From: an uncultured Gemmatimonadales bacterium
Lineage (GTDB): Bacteria > Gemmatimonadota > Gemmatimonadetes > Gemmatimonadales > GWC2-71-9
DNA length: 64,000 bases
NCBI GenBank assembly: GCA_963844035.1
Contig: CAWJMT010000014.1
Coordinates: forward strand, 9,359-73,358
Reading direction: 5' to 3'
Below are positions 10,329 through 20,563 of the stretch, one piece after another. Within the stretch, counting starts at the first letter, position 1, and each line of letters starts with the position of its first letter. The position numbers were made by a program, and so were the translations under genes. Under the pieces are notes generated by a model. It saw only the letters and a list, made by a program, of their open reading frames with translations. It did no database searches and was not told where the DNA came from.

Positions 10329-11281
10329 CGCTCGAACCCGTGCAGCCGTATCAATTCGATGGCCAAAGTGAGGTCGAAGGCAATCAGGTATATGCCGGCG
10401 TTCCGCTCCAACGCCTTGGCCGTGCGCGTCGAGGTTTGCAGACGGAAGCGAATGAAGGTGCCGAGCGTGACGAGGAAGAGCGCCACCACGGCGGCGTAGA
10501 ACCAGCCGCTCACGCCAATGAGGTAGCCGACGATCGAGACAAGCGTCGTGTCGATGAGCCGCAGCCCCAGGACAATCCAGGCGGCGCCGTAGGTGCCGAA
10601 GATCTTCGAGTACGAATCAAGTCCTTCGATCTCGTCCTCGGGCGCGCGAATCTTGCGCGATACCTCCACGTTGAAGGTGACGAAGAAGCCGACCATCGCG
10701 TAGAGCGCAAACACCAGCGGCGCCTGCCATGGCATCTGCCGCGTCGTGAAGCTGAACACCATAAGCGAGAGCAGCGGCATCAACAGCATGTGCGACGTCG
10801 CGTAGACCAGGAAATGCCTGCGCAGCCACTCGGCGGCGAAAAACTCCTTGAGCATCAGCAGCGAGAACACGAACGCGATCGCCAGCCCCGTGGTCGCCTG
10901 CGGTCCGGCGGCGAGCGCGAGCGCGAATTCCGCCGCGATCGCGACCCCGGCGAGGACCCGCAGGTCGGCCAGCGTGATGACGCCGCGCTGCAGCACGCGG
11001 TGGGGATGAAAGCGTGAGTCCTCGGCGAAATCCTTGTGCTCGTCGAACACGCGCAGGTGGAAGAAAAAGCACAGCAGCGTGAGCGCGCCGAGCAGGGAGC
11101 GTGCGGTGTAGCGCATCGGTTCGTCGGGATGCGTGAGCACCTTGGCGAGAAACTGGTTCGACGAGAAGTAGCTGATGATCAGCAGGACGTGCCCGAACAG
11201 TGGAAAGCGCTCGCGCAGGTACGCGCGCAAGCGCGTCAGGTACGGATCGGTACGGGCGACGGGTTGCGCCACGGCCGTCAT
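10325..11281 (-). CDS. UbiA-superfamily intramembrane prenyltransferase
   Basis: LRVFDEHKDFAED...PHRVLQRG acidic motif 1, EVSRK...EDEIEGLDSYS motif 2, multiple TM helices. The ATG overlaps the upstream stop (ATGA). Confidence 0.82.
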   Translation of the reverse strand: MTAVAQPVARTDPYLTRLRAYLRERFPLFGHVLLIISYFSSNQFLAKVLTHPDEPMRYTARSLLGALTLLCFFFHLRVFDEHKDFAEDSRFHPHRVLQRGVITLADLRVLAGVAIAAEFALALAAGPQATTGLAIAFVFSLLMLKEFFAAEWLRRHFLVYATSHMLLMPLLSLMVFSFTTRQMPWQAPLVFALYAMVGFFVTFNVEVSRKIRAPEDEIEGLDSYSKIFGTYGAAWIVLGLRLIDTTLVSIVGYLIGVSGWFYAAVVALFLVTLGTFIRFRLQTSTRTAKALERNAGIYLIAFDLTLAIELIRLHGFER

Positions 11282-12853
11282 CGGAGCGCTCCGTTCTGCA
11301 GCATCTGTCGCAGGCGCGGGTAGTCGATCTTGCTGTTGTGGCGCGGGTCGACGGGCAGCGCGGAGCGCGTCACGATGAGATCGTCCACGCGGAGCGGGCC
11401 GTTCGCGGCGAGGCGCGCCTCCACGTCCTTGGGAAGATCCGTGGCGTGTCGATTCGATCACGACCACGACCCGCTCTCCGAGGTTGGGATCCGGCATTCC
11501 CAGCGCCGCGATCCGCCGGATGCGCGCGTCGTCGCCCCGCGCCGCCTGCTCGATGAGCTGCGCATGCAGGTCCACGCCGGCCCGGCGGATGGTGGAATGC
11601 ACGCGACCGACCAGCCAGAAGCGTCCGCTGTCGTCGAAGTATCCCGTATCACCCATCCGATGCCACACCGTCCCCTCACCGTCCCTGACCTTGTTCTCAG
11701 CGAACGCGGTCTCGTCTCCGGCGTAGTCGCGGCATACATGCGGCCCCGCGACCAGCAGCTCGCCGATCGCGCCGGGCGCCGCGTCCGCCGGACGTTCCAG
11801 CGGGCCCCGCGTGATGCGCACGACGCGTGTGCGCACGGCGCGCACGGGCGTGCCGACGCAGTAGCCCGGTTTGCCTCTACCCGCGCCAAGACGCTCCTCG
11901 GCGGTCATGCGCGCCACCGGTTCTGCTTCGCTCGACCCATAGGCGACAACGATCTCCGTCCGCGGGAACGCCTCCCGCCACTGGCGCAACTGTTCATCGC
12001 GCACGGGAGCGCCTCCCGTGACGAGGCGACGAAGCGGGGGAGGCGGTTCACCGGTGGCGCGCAGGTGAGCCGCGACGAGGTCGAACAGAGGCGGCGACGC
12101 CGCCGCGGTCGTCACCCCGAACCGGCGAACGTGCGCGAGCACCAGGCGAGGGTCGGCGTGCGCCACGCGACGCAGGTTGACCGGCGGAATCACCGTCGTG
12201 ATGCCGCTCGCGAGGTTGCTCAGCGCGAAGATGGGGAACGTGGTGAGGTCCACGTCGCCGGGCTGAGCCGGGAACTCCTCGCGAATCACGTGGTGTTGGG
12301 CGGCGAGAATCGCGTGCGTCCGATTCACCCCCTTCGGCGTGCCGCTCGAACCCGTCGTGTAGGTGATGAGCGCGGGGGCGTCGGGCAGGACATCCGCTGC
12401 CGTGCCACGTCCCCGAAGATCCCGAAAACGAAGCCGGCCCGCCAACCCCGCGCCGAAACCATCGGTCGTCACCGCCAGACGTACGCGGCGGAGCTCGGGC
12501 GCAAACAACCGCAACAAATGGGCTCGCGGCGTCCCGACGAACAGCGCCGGCGCCGCGGCGCCGGCCTGTCGGGCGATCTGACGCAATGAGACCCACGGAT
12601 CCACGAAGACGGCGACGCCGCCCGCCGCGAGCGTGCCAAGCACCGCGACGTAGAGCTGCGGCGACATCGGGAGCATGAACACCGCGCGCTCTCCGGCCTG
12701 CAATCCATGCGCGACGAGCCCGCCGGCGAACGACTCGACCGCCCGCCGGAGATCGCCGAAGCAAACGTCATCTCCTTTCGCCGACACGAAGGCGAGCGCC
12801 GTCTCGTGCCGCTCCGCGGCCTCGAAGAAGAGTTGCACTACGTTCGCCGTCAC
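11278..12853 (-). CDS. AMP-dependent acyl-CoA ligase (OleC-like); frameshift near 11445
   Basis: YTTGSSGTPKG, YGSSEAEP, HRMGDTG; the shifted-frame C-terminus LPVDPRHNSKIDY stops at 11278. Confidence 0.88.
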
Positions 12854-13884
12854 GCTTCACTCCACTCATACAGCACGTAGCGCCGGAAGACGGTTCCGTG
12901 TCCACCGTCCAACGCCTGCGAGCGATTGTCGTCCCGCATCAGCGCGTGGTTCCCCGCACGCAGGCCTTTCCCTATGGCATTGGAGTACACGCGGTGTGAG
13001 AGCGCGGCGACGACGCCCGCCCGGCGCCATGCGGCGCGGACGCCGATCGTCTTGTAGTGCACCGCCGGCAGGTGGGGATCGGCGTAGGCGAACACAAAGC
13101 CGACCTCGCTGCCGTCCGGCGCCGTCGCGAACACGACGAGCTCCGGGTCGAGCAACCGCTCTAGCCCCGAGTACAACGCGAGAAACTCCTCGCGCGGAAT
13201 CGGTGAGTACAGAACGGCCTCGCGAAAGATCTCGGAAGAAATGTCGTGCACCACTTCGAGCTCGTGACGAAGCCGACTCCGGTCCAACCCGCGAACCCGC
13301 ACGCCTCGCGAGGCGCTGCGCTGGACGCCCGATGCCAGATTCGGCAGCAGCACCGCCACATCGTCGATCCACTTCGAGCTGTACGACTCGAGACGTCGAA
13401 AGCCGGATCGCTCCCACAGCTCCTGGTAGTACGGCGGATTCCAGGGCTCCAACGGAAATGGCGGACGCACGAATGGCCCCGCGTTCACGCGGTACCGATG
13501 CCAGGTGTCTCCATCCATGGGTCCCACGATTCGCTCGGCGCCCTGCTCGTGTAGCCACGCGATGGCCTGGCGGAAGAGCGCTGCGGCAGCATCCTGGTGC
13601 TGGATTGCTTCGAAGAATCCGAGAATGCCGTACGGCGTGCCGTTGTCGGCGCGTAGCTGCGGTGAGAGACGGGCCACCACGCGCCCGATTGGCTCGCCGC
13701 GCTCGAGCGCGACAAAGAGGCGCTGACCCGGCTGGTACGCGGCGCGGCTCAGGTTCCGCTCGACCGACGCGCGCACCGGAGCGGTCCCCACCATCTGATC
13801 GGCATAGATTCCGTCGGCCACGGCGTGAAAGGCCTCGCGGCCCGCCGGGTCGGCGGTAACGTCAGCGACGCTGACTGCTGCCAT
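12850..13884 (-). CDS. GNAT-fold N-acyltransferase (YghO-like)
   Basis: GRVVA...GFFEA, IVGPM, NPPYY...GF, KTIGV...WRRAGV acyl-CoA-binding loop. Confidence 0.75.
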   Translation of the reverse strand: MAAVSVADVTADPAGREAFHAVADGIYADQMVGTAPVRASVERNLSRAAYQPGQRLFVALERGEPIGRVVARLSPQLRADNGTPYGILGFFEAIQHQDAAAALFRQAIAWLHEQGAERIVGPMDGDTWHRYRVNAGPFVRPPFPLEPWNPPYYQELWERSGFRRLESYSSKWIDDVAVLLPNLASGVQRSASRGVRVRGLDRSRLRHELEVVHDISSEIFREAVLYSPIPREEFLALYSGLERLLDPELVVFATAPDGSEVGFVFAYADPHLPAVHYKTIGVRAAWRRAGVVAALSHRVYSNAIGKGLRAGNHALMRDDNRSQALDGGHGTVFRRYVLYEWSEA

Positions 13885-13935
13885 GCAACCTCTGCTTCGT
13901 CCCGTTCCCTGCGGTGAGGAGGGCACACGCCCGAG

Positions 13936-15108
13936 TCAGGACAACTCGTCTTCGATCGCGCGCAGATCCCGCACCACGCGTTCCCAGTTGTAGTACGTCT
14001 CGACCGCGCGCCGTCCCGCAGCCCCGACTCGGGCCGCGAGCGCCGCATCCGAAAGCAGCCGGCCGACCACCTCGGCGATGGCCGCGGGATCCTCAGGTGG
14101 AATGAGAAACCCGGTCTCGCCATCTCGCACCGCATCTGGAATCCCGCCCGATCTCCCCGCCACCACCGGCAGCCCGCACGCTGAGGCCTCGACCAGGGAA
14201 ATCCCGAACCCCTCGACGCCCAGACGCTCGGCACGGCGTGAGGCACCGACATAGACCGACGCGAGATTATAGAGGGCAGGCAGGTCGCGTTCGCTTACCT
14301 CGCCCAGAAAGCGCACGCGGTCCGCCACGCCGAGCTTGTGGGCCAGCTTCTTGAGCTTGTCGCGTTCGGGTCCCTTCCCCGCCACCGCGTAGTGCACGTC
14401 GGGAGCAAGAGCCACAATCGCCGGCAGCGCGCGCAGCACCATGTCCACGCCCTTGTGCGGCTCGAGCCGCGCCACCGTCAGCAGCCAGCGCACGCCGCCG
14501 TCCTCGAGCTCGAACCGATTGCGCAGCTCCGTCGGGTCCAGACCGGGGCGGAACCGCTCGGGGTCGGTGCCAAGGTGGACCACACGCAGCCGCCCGCTGT
14601 GGGCGTCGAGACCGAGCTCCCCCAGCACTGCGAGCGCGAGCTCACGCGTCCACTCGCTGATCGCGATCAACACAGCGGCGCCGCCGAAGATCGCCCGCGC
14701 CGTCCGCCGTTTGAATGCGGAACGGATTTTGTGCTGCTCGCTGAGCAGGTCGGCGCCGTACAGGAAGAGGCTGTAGGGGACGCGGAGGCGTTCGTAGGTC
14801 CAGCGGGCCGCGTATCCGGCCGGTTTGACATTGGCGCAGTGCACGAAGCGGACGTTGTGTTGCCGGGCGAGGCTCGTCGCGCGGCGCGACCAGAGCAACA
14901 GTCCCGGGACCGTCTTGGCCGTGCGGCGGCCGATCGCCAGACGATCGACCACGGCGTTGAACGTACCGTCCACTTCCTGGGCATCGGAATCCGCCGGCGT
15001 GGAAACGATCAACTCACCGCGGGGATAGCGGCGGGCCAGCTCACCGTGCAGGCGGGCAATGCCCCCGCCCATGGGCGGAAAGTCCTGCGCGAGAAGCAGC
15101 GTCGTCAT
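13936..15108 (-). CDS. Glycosyltransferase family 4 (PimB-like)
   Basis: DFPPMGGGI, TVARLEPHKG, EGFGISLVEASACGLPVV. Confidence 0.9.
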   Translation of the reverse strand: MTTLLLAQDFPPMGGGIARLHGELARRYPRGELIVSTPADSDAQEVDGTFNAVVDRLAIGRRTAKTVPGLLLWSRRATSLARQHNVRFVHCANVKPAGYAARWTYERLRVPYSLFLYGADLLSEQHKIRSAFKRRTARAIFGGAAVLIAISEWTRELALAVLGELGLDAHSGRLRVVHLGTDPERFRPGLDPTELRNRFELEDGGVRWLLTVARLEPHKGVDMVLRALPAIVALAPDVHYAVAGKGPERDKLKKLAHKLGVADRVRFLGEVSERDLPALYNLASVYVGASRRAERLGVEGFGISLVEASACGLPVVAGRSGGIPDAVRDGETGFLIPPEDPAAIAEVVGRLLSDAALAARVGAAGRRAVETYYNWERVVRDLRAIEDELS

Positions 15109-15167
15109 TGTGCCGAATCCTACCGGCACGGTTGCCGCGGAGCAACGCTTGCAGTTCCTTTGATCCG

Positions 15168-16001
15168 GTGAAGGCCAAAGAATTCATTTACCTGCTCGGC
15201 CTCAAACCCAAACCGAAGACGTATGGGTTCGTGATCGAGGCGCACGACCTTCCCCGCGAAGGCCGGCTCGACGTCGCCCGGTGGGCTCACCCGGGAGCCT
15301 ATCGGGTGGCGCCCGCTCAGCTGCAGGCGGTCGTCGATCAATTGCGCCGCTTTCTGCGCCCCGGCGACGTCGCGATCGACATCGGGGCCCACGCCGGCGA
15401 CACCTCGATTCCCATCGCGCTCGCGGTCGGACCGGCGGGAGTCGTGTTGGCCCTCGAGCCCAACCCGTACGTGTTTCCCGTACTGGAGCAGAACGCCGGT
15501 CTCAACCCGGCCAAGACCACCATCATCCCCCTGATGTTCGCCGCCATGCGCGCCGACGGGCGGTACGAGTTCCAGTATGGGGAAGAAGGCTATTGCAACG
15601 GCGGGTTCCACGAAGGCATGAGCAAGTGGCTGCACGGCAGCGCGTTCAAGGTGCAGGTCGAAGGCCGCAACGTGCAGGAGTTCCTCGCCCGCCATCATCC
15701 CGACCTCATTCCGCGGCTGCGCTTCATCAAGATCGACACGGAAGGGTTCGACCTGGCGGTGCTCGAAACCCTCGAGCCCTTGGTCCGAGCGCAGCGACCC
15801 TTTCTCCAGGTAGAAATGTTCAGTCTCCGGAAGTCCGACCCGGCGTATCGGCGCAAGCTGTTCGAATTTCTCACCCGCCTCGAGTACGACGTGCACCGCA
15901 TGGAGAGCAACGAGAACTACATGGGTGAGCGGATCACCGCGGAGAATTTGATGCGGTGGAACGTGTTCGACGTGTTCTGTCTCCCGCGCGCCGCCGCCTG
16001 A
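15168..16001 (+). CDS. FkbM family methyltransferase
   Basis: IDIGAHAG, ALEPNP, FIKIDTEGFD. Confidence 0.88.
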   Translation: MKAKEFIYLLGLKPKPKTYGFVIEAHDLPREGRLDVARWAHPGAYRVAPAQLQAVVDQLRRFLRPGDVAIDIGAHAGDTSIPIALAVGPAGVVLALEPNPYVFPVLEQNAGLNPAKTTIIPLMFAAMRADGRYEFQYGEEGYCNGGFHEGMSKWLHGSAFKVQVEGRNVQEFLARHHPDLIPRLRFIKIDTEGFDLAVLETLEPLVRAQRPFLQVEMFSLRKSDPAYRRKLFEFLTRLEYDVHRMESNENYMGERITAENLMRWNVFDVFCLPRAAA

Positions 16002-16004
16002 CCG

Positions 16005-16958
16005 ATGCACATCGCCGTGTTTTCACACTACCGCCTCCCCGTCAAAGGCTATGGCGGCACCGAACGCGTCGTGGTGGCGATGGTGCGCGCGCTCGCCGCA
16101 CTGGGCCATCGCGTGACGCTCGTCGCGGCTCCGGGGACGCGGGTCCGCGAGGCCAAGGTCGTGGAGGTACCGATCCCGACCCTCACCGGCTCGGAGATCG
16201 ATCTCGCGACCCTCCTGCCGCCGGGCGTGGACATGCTGCACGCCTTCTATCCATTGAAGCGCTCGCCCTCGCATCCGTTCGTGCAGACCCTGGAGGGGAA
16301 TCTGCGCGCCGGCGCTCCGGTCCCGCCCAACAACATCTTTGTGTCGCGGGACCACGCGCGCCGCTCGGGGCGCGAGGTCTTCGTCTACAACGGCCTCGAT
16401 CCGGCCGACTTTGTGTTCCAGTCCAAGAAACTGGACTACGACCTGTTCCTGGGACGGTTGCACCGCGCCAAGGGATACGGCTGGGCGATCGAAGCGGCGA
16501 AACGCACGGGACGGCGCTTGTTACTGGCCGGCGGCTGGCGTCCGAGTCTGCGGCGAAACATCCGATTCGTGGGCGAGGTGGACGGACGCCGTAAGGCGGA
16601 GCTGCTGGCGGGGGCGCGCTGCCTGTGGATGCCGGCGCTCTGGCCGGAGCCGTTCGGGCTCACCACGATCGAGGCGCTGTTCTCGGGGACTCCGGTGCTC
16701 GGCACCCATTGGGGAGCGCTGCCCGAAGTCGTGAGCCCGTCGGTGGGCGCGCTGTGTGATACGGTGGACGAGCTGATTGCCGCGGTGCACACGATTCACA
16801 CGCGCGATCCCGCCGCCTGTCGCGCGTACGCGGAGCAATACTTCAGTCACCTGGTGATGGCGGAGGAATACCTGCGGATGTATCGCAGCCTGCTCGACAC
16901 CGGGTCGCTCCCACCGGGGCGGGTCACGCCCCACGCGCCTACCGCAACGTCACCGTGA
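16005..16958 (+). CDS. Glycosyltransferase family 4
   Basis: YGGTERVV, FLGRL..AKG, EPFGLTTIEALFSGTPV. Confidence 0.88.
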   Translation: MHIAVFSHYRLPVKGYGGTERVVVAMVRALAALGHRVTLVAAPGTRVREAKVVEVPIPTLTGSEIDLATLLPPGVDMLHAFYPLKRSPSHPFVQTLEGNLRAGAPVPPNNIFVSRDHARRSGREVFVYNGLDPADFVFQSKKLDYDLFLGRLHRAKGYGWAIEAAKRTGRRLLLAGGWRPSLRRNIRFVGEVDGRRKAELLAGARCLWMPALWPEPFGLTTIEALFSGTPVLGTHWGALPEVVSPSVGALCDTVDELIAAVHTIHTRDPAACRAYAEQYFSHLVMAEEYLRMYRSLLDTGSLPPGRVTPHAPTATSP

Positions 16959-17898
16959 GCAGCTCCGCCAAGCGGTGCGCCCAGGTGTGCTCCCGCAGCG
17001 CGCGCTCGCGCGCGGCGGCGGCGAGCGAGCGCCGCAGCGAGGCGTCGGCGAGCAGGGCGCGCGCCTGGTCCCGCAGCTCCGCCGGGCTCGTGTAGAGCGC
17101 GATCTCACGTCCCGGCGCAAAGTGACGCGCGATGTCCGATTTGGCGTCCGAGAGCTGGGGGGTACCGACGGCCGCAAGCTCGAACACCCGCATGTTCGCG
17201 CCCGTGCCGTAGCGCGCGGGGTCGGCTCCGTCGCCGAACTGCTGATGAACATTGATGCCCACCGTCGCGCCCGCGAGCGCGTACACCAGGTCGTCACCGT
17301 ACACCGGCCCGTTCGGCCACCCCGGGCCCCACAGCGCCAGGCCCTGATCGGCGACCGCGTGGAGCACGCGCTCGCGCTGCGGGTCCCGGGTGCCCACGAA
17401 CGCCAGCGCGGCGCGCCAGCGCGCGCCCGGGTTCACGGGTCGCAGGAACTCCGGGTCGCAGCCAAACGCGAGATAGTGGGCGCGCACCCCCACTCGGGCG
17501 TAGCGGTCGAGGCTCGCGGAGTCATGGGTGAAGAAGCAGTCGTACGCCGGCGCGAGCTTGGTCGAGAGGACCAGCGCGTGGGGATCATCGGGAAACCAGT
17601 TGACCCAGCGCGCCCGGGTGTCGCGCCGCAACGTCGCAATGTCCGCGGGATCGAGCCCGGCGCCCTTGAAGACCAGCACGACGTCTACCGGGCCCCGCGC
17701 CAACAGGGCCGCCAGACGCGCCCGCAGCGGCCGGCGCACGATCGCGTTCCACCCGGTGAGGCGCTCTTCGCAGCGTTGCACTTCACATCCGAGCGCGCCA
17801 AGGGCGGCGGCGAGGGCGAGGCCGCTGCGGTGATAGCGGCGGTTGAACGCCGCCACCAGAACCACCCGCAGCCCGGCGAACGGGCGGGGGGGGGTCAT
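16939..17898 (-). CDS. Glycosyltransferase, CgeB/Glyco_trans_1_2-like
   Basis: NWFPDDP, AFVGT, NMRVFELAAVG, EHTWAHR. Confidence 0.82.
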   Translation of the reverse strand: MTPPRPFAGLRVVLVAAFNRRYHRSGLALAAALGALGCEVQRCEERLTGWNAIVRRPLRARLAALLARGPVDVVLVFKGAGLDPADIATLRRDTRARWVNWFPDDPHALVLSTKLAPAYDCFFTHDSASLDRYARVGVRAHYLAFGCDPEFLRPVNPGARWRAALAFVGTRDPQRERVLHAVADQGLALWGPGWPNGPVYGDDLVYALAGATVGINVHQQFGDGADPARYGTGANMRVFELAAVGTPQLSDAKSDIARHFAPGREIALYTSPAELRDQARALLADASLRRSLAAAARERALREHTWAHRLAELLTVTLR

Positions 17899-18758
17899 AT
17901 CTCGACGTAGTTGCGGTATTCGAACAGGCGGGCGCCGGTCAGTCGCTCGATCCAATCGGAGAGGTAGAGGCGCACGTGGTTGAGCCGGAAGCGGCGCGGC
18001 CCGACAGAGGTCCCGGATGTCCCGGCTTGGCGCGCCGCGATCCACTCTTCCGCAGCGCGCGGGTGGGCCCCGGTGAAGCGGCGCAGCAACGGCCCCCACT
18101 CGAGCGCCGGCTGGGCGGCGCGCGCTTCCAGCCGGTCAGCGGCCTCCGTGAAAATCTCCTGCGCCGCCACGAGCTTCTCGATCCTCGAACGGGGTGGCCG
18201 CGCCCAGCCATAGTGGAACATGCGGGCGCCGGTGACCCGCGCCCTCGGACGGCGGTCGCCGCCGGCCCGGAACCCCTGCGCGTCCCAATACGACCGGATG
18301 TCCCGGCCCAGCGGGACGACGCGGACCTCGCGGCGGTACCAGTGCCGGTCGGTGGCGACGGTGTCGAAGTCGCCGTAGAAGTGGACATAGTCCACGAGCA
18401 ACCCCTCCACTCGCGGATCGCCATCCGCCGCGCGCACGGCGTCTCGCAGGACGGGCACACCAGTCTCGTGCAGCACCTCGTCCGCCTGGATGTACACGCC
18501 CCAATCCCCACGACATGCCGCCATCGCGCGATTGGTCTCGACCGAGAGGGCTTCGCTGCCGCGGGAAAAATCCCACACCGTGTCGAGGATGCGCACCCGC
18601 GGGTCGCCGATCCCGGTGATCAGGTCGCGGGTGCCGTCGTCCGATTTCCCGACGTTGACCACCACCTCGTCGCACAGCTCGAGAATCGAGCGCACGGCGG
18701 GCACGATCGGGTACTCGAGACGGACGGCGTTCCGGACGATCGTGAAGCCCGACAACAT
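17895..18758 (-). CDS. Glycosyltransferase family 2
   Basis: SGFTIVRNA, SDDGT, YIQADE, FHYGWAR. Confidence 0.85.
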   Translation of the reverse strand: MLSGFTIVRNAVRLEYPIVPAVRSILELCDEVVVNVGKSDDGTRDLITGIGDPRVRILDTVWDFSRGSEALSVETNRAMAACRGDWGVYIQADEVLHETGVPVLRDAVRAADGDPRVEGLLVDYVHFYGDFDTVATDRHWYRREVRVVPLGRDIRSYWDAQGFRAGGDRRPRARVTGARMFHYGWARPPRSRIEKLVAAQEIFTEAADRLEARAAQPALEWGPLLRRFTGAHPRAAEEWIAARQAGTSGTSVGPRRFRLNHVRLYLSDWIERLTGARLFEYRNYVEI

Positions 18759-18760
18759 GG

Positions 18761-20563
18761 TCAGACCTGGAACTGCATGTCGTAGAACCGGCGGTAGAGA
18801 CCCCCCGCCGCGAACAGGGCCTCGTGGTTGCCGCGCTCGACGATCCGGCCGTCGGCCAGCACGACGATCAAATCGGCATGGCGCACGGTCGCCAGGCGGT
18901 GGGCGATCACCAGCACCGTGCGGTGCGCCATCAGTCGGTCGATCGCCTCCTGCACCAGACGTTCCGACTCCGTGTCGAGCGCGCTCGTGGCCTCGTCGAG
19001 AATAAGGATCGGGGGGTCGCGCAGCAGCGCCCGCGCAATCGCGATGCGCTGCCGCTCGCCACCCGAAAGCCGCGTGCCACGCTCGCCCAGGATCGTCTCG
19101 TAACCGTTGGGGAGCTGCCGGATGAAGTCGTGCGCGTTCGCCGCCTGGGCGGCGGCTTCGACCTGCGCCGGCGTGAAGTCGCTCCGGCCGTACGCGATGT
19201 TGGCGAACACCGACGCGTTGAGGAGGATCGTCTCCTGCGAGACGATGCCCATGAGGCCGCGCAGGCTCTTCCGGGTGAACTGGGTGATGGGGACGCCGTC
19301 CACCAGAATGGCGCCACCTCCAGGCTCGTAGAAGCGGGGCAGCAGATCCACCAGCGTGGTCTTGCCGGCCCCGGATGGCCCGACGACGGCCACCACTTGC
19401 CCACGGCGCATGTCCAGGTCGATGTCCTGGAGCGCCGGGGCATCGCCGTTGTAGGAGAACGACACCCCCCGGTACTCGATCCGGTGCTCGAAGCGCGCCG
19501 GCCCTTCACCCGGACGGTCGCGCTCGTCATCCGCCAGCTCGAGGACCTCGAACACGCGGTCCGCCGCCGCCAGCGCTCCCGCCATGACGGTGGGATAGTT
19601 GGCGGCCGATTTCACCGGTGACATGAGCCGCAGCGCCACCGCCACGAACGCGATCAGCACCTCGGGCCGGAGCACCGCGGCAGGGCCGAGCGCGAGCTTC
19701 GTCCCGATCGAGAACACCACCACGACGACGAGGCCGGCGAATATCTCGCTCACCGGGCTCGTGAGCTGCGCGTAACGCTGTGCGCGCATCACGCCCCTGC
19801 GATAGCGGTTGGCGAGCCGCCGGAAGCGGTCCGCCTCGAAGGCTTCGGCGACGTAGGCGCGCACCAGCTTGATCGACCCCACCAGCTCGCTGACCATGCT
19901 CGTCAGCTCGCCACGGTCATCCGCCTGCTCGCGTGAGCGCCGGCGGACCTTCCCAACGATCGGCCGGATGATGAGCGCCAGGAGGGGCGCGCACACCAGC
20001 GCGACCAGCGTGAGGCGCCACGACAGGCTCACGAGAATCGTCACGTACACGATGATCAGGCTCAGGTTCTGCAGCAGCGAGGCGAGGGCGGCGGTCACCG
20101 CGCCCTTGACCTGGTCGGTGTCGTTGATGAGCCGTGCGAGCAGCTGCCCGCCCCGCGTGCGCTGGAAGAAGCTCAGGGGCAGCGTCTCGAGGTGCTCGAA
20201 CAACGCGACCCGCAGATCGCGCACCACGCCCTCCTGGATCGCGACGCTGAACAGCGCCGCGGTATAGGCGAATACGTTCTTGAGTACCAGCGCGGCCACG
20301 AGGATGAACACAACGTTGCGGAGGGCGACGCCGGGCGCCGCGCCCGAGATCCACGGACCTGCCACGGAGGCGAGCATCCGCTCGGCGAACGACGCGCCAT
20401 CGACGGGCAACGCTTCTCTGCCGAACAGCGTGCGCAGGAAGGGGATCACGAGCACGAACGTCACGCCGTCCAGCAGCGCGGCTGCGAGCGTGGCCCCGAT
20501 GTTGGCAGCGAACAGGAGAGAATAGGGACGGAGCTGCCGGAGGAGACGGGCGCCGCGGCCCAT
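18761..20563 (-). CDS. ABC transporter ATP-binding/permease, MsbA-like
   Basis: N-terminal TM domain; GPSGAGKTT, LSGGERQR, ILDEATSALD; LPS gene context. Confidence 0.9.
   Translation of the reverse strand: MGRGARLLRQLRPYSLLFAANIGATLAAALLDGVTFVLVIPFLRTLFGREALPVDGASFAERMLASVAGPWISGAAPGVALRNVVFILVAALVLKNVFAYTAALFSVAIQEGVVRDLRVALFEHLETLPLSFFQRTRGGQLLARLINDTDQVKGAVTAALASLLQNLSLIIVYVTILVSLSWRLTLVALVCAPLLALIIRPIVGKVRRRSREQADDRGELTSMVSELVGSIKLVRAYVAEAFEADRFRRLANRYRRGVMRAQRYAQLTSPVSEIFAGLVVVVVFSIGTKLALGPAAVLRPEVLIAFVAVALRLMSPVKSAANYPTVMAGALAAADRVFEVLELADDERDRPGEGPARFEHRIEYRGVSFSYNGDAPALQDIDLDMRRGQVVAVVGPSGAGKTTLVDLLPRFYEPGGGAILVDGVPITQFTRKSLRGLMGIVSQETILLNASVFANIAYGRSDFTPAQVEAAAQAANAHDFIRQLPNGYETILGERGTRLSGGERQRIAIARALLRDPPILILDEATSALDTESERLVQEAIDRLMAHRTVLVIAHRLATVRHADLIVVLADGRIVERGNHEALFAAGGLYRRFYDMQFQV

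Noticed and set aside
10325..12853. 842-aa AMP-ligase-UbiA fusion in the ORF track
   Set aside because: The ligase's conserved C-terminus and stop lie in another frame, overlapping the UbiA ATG, so this is a frameshift artefact.
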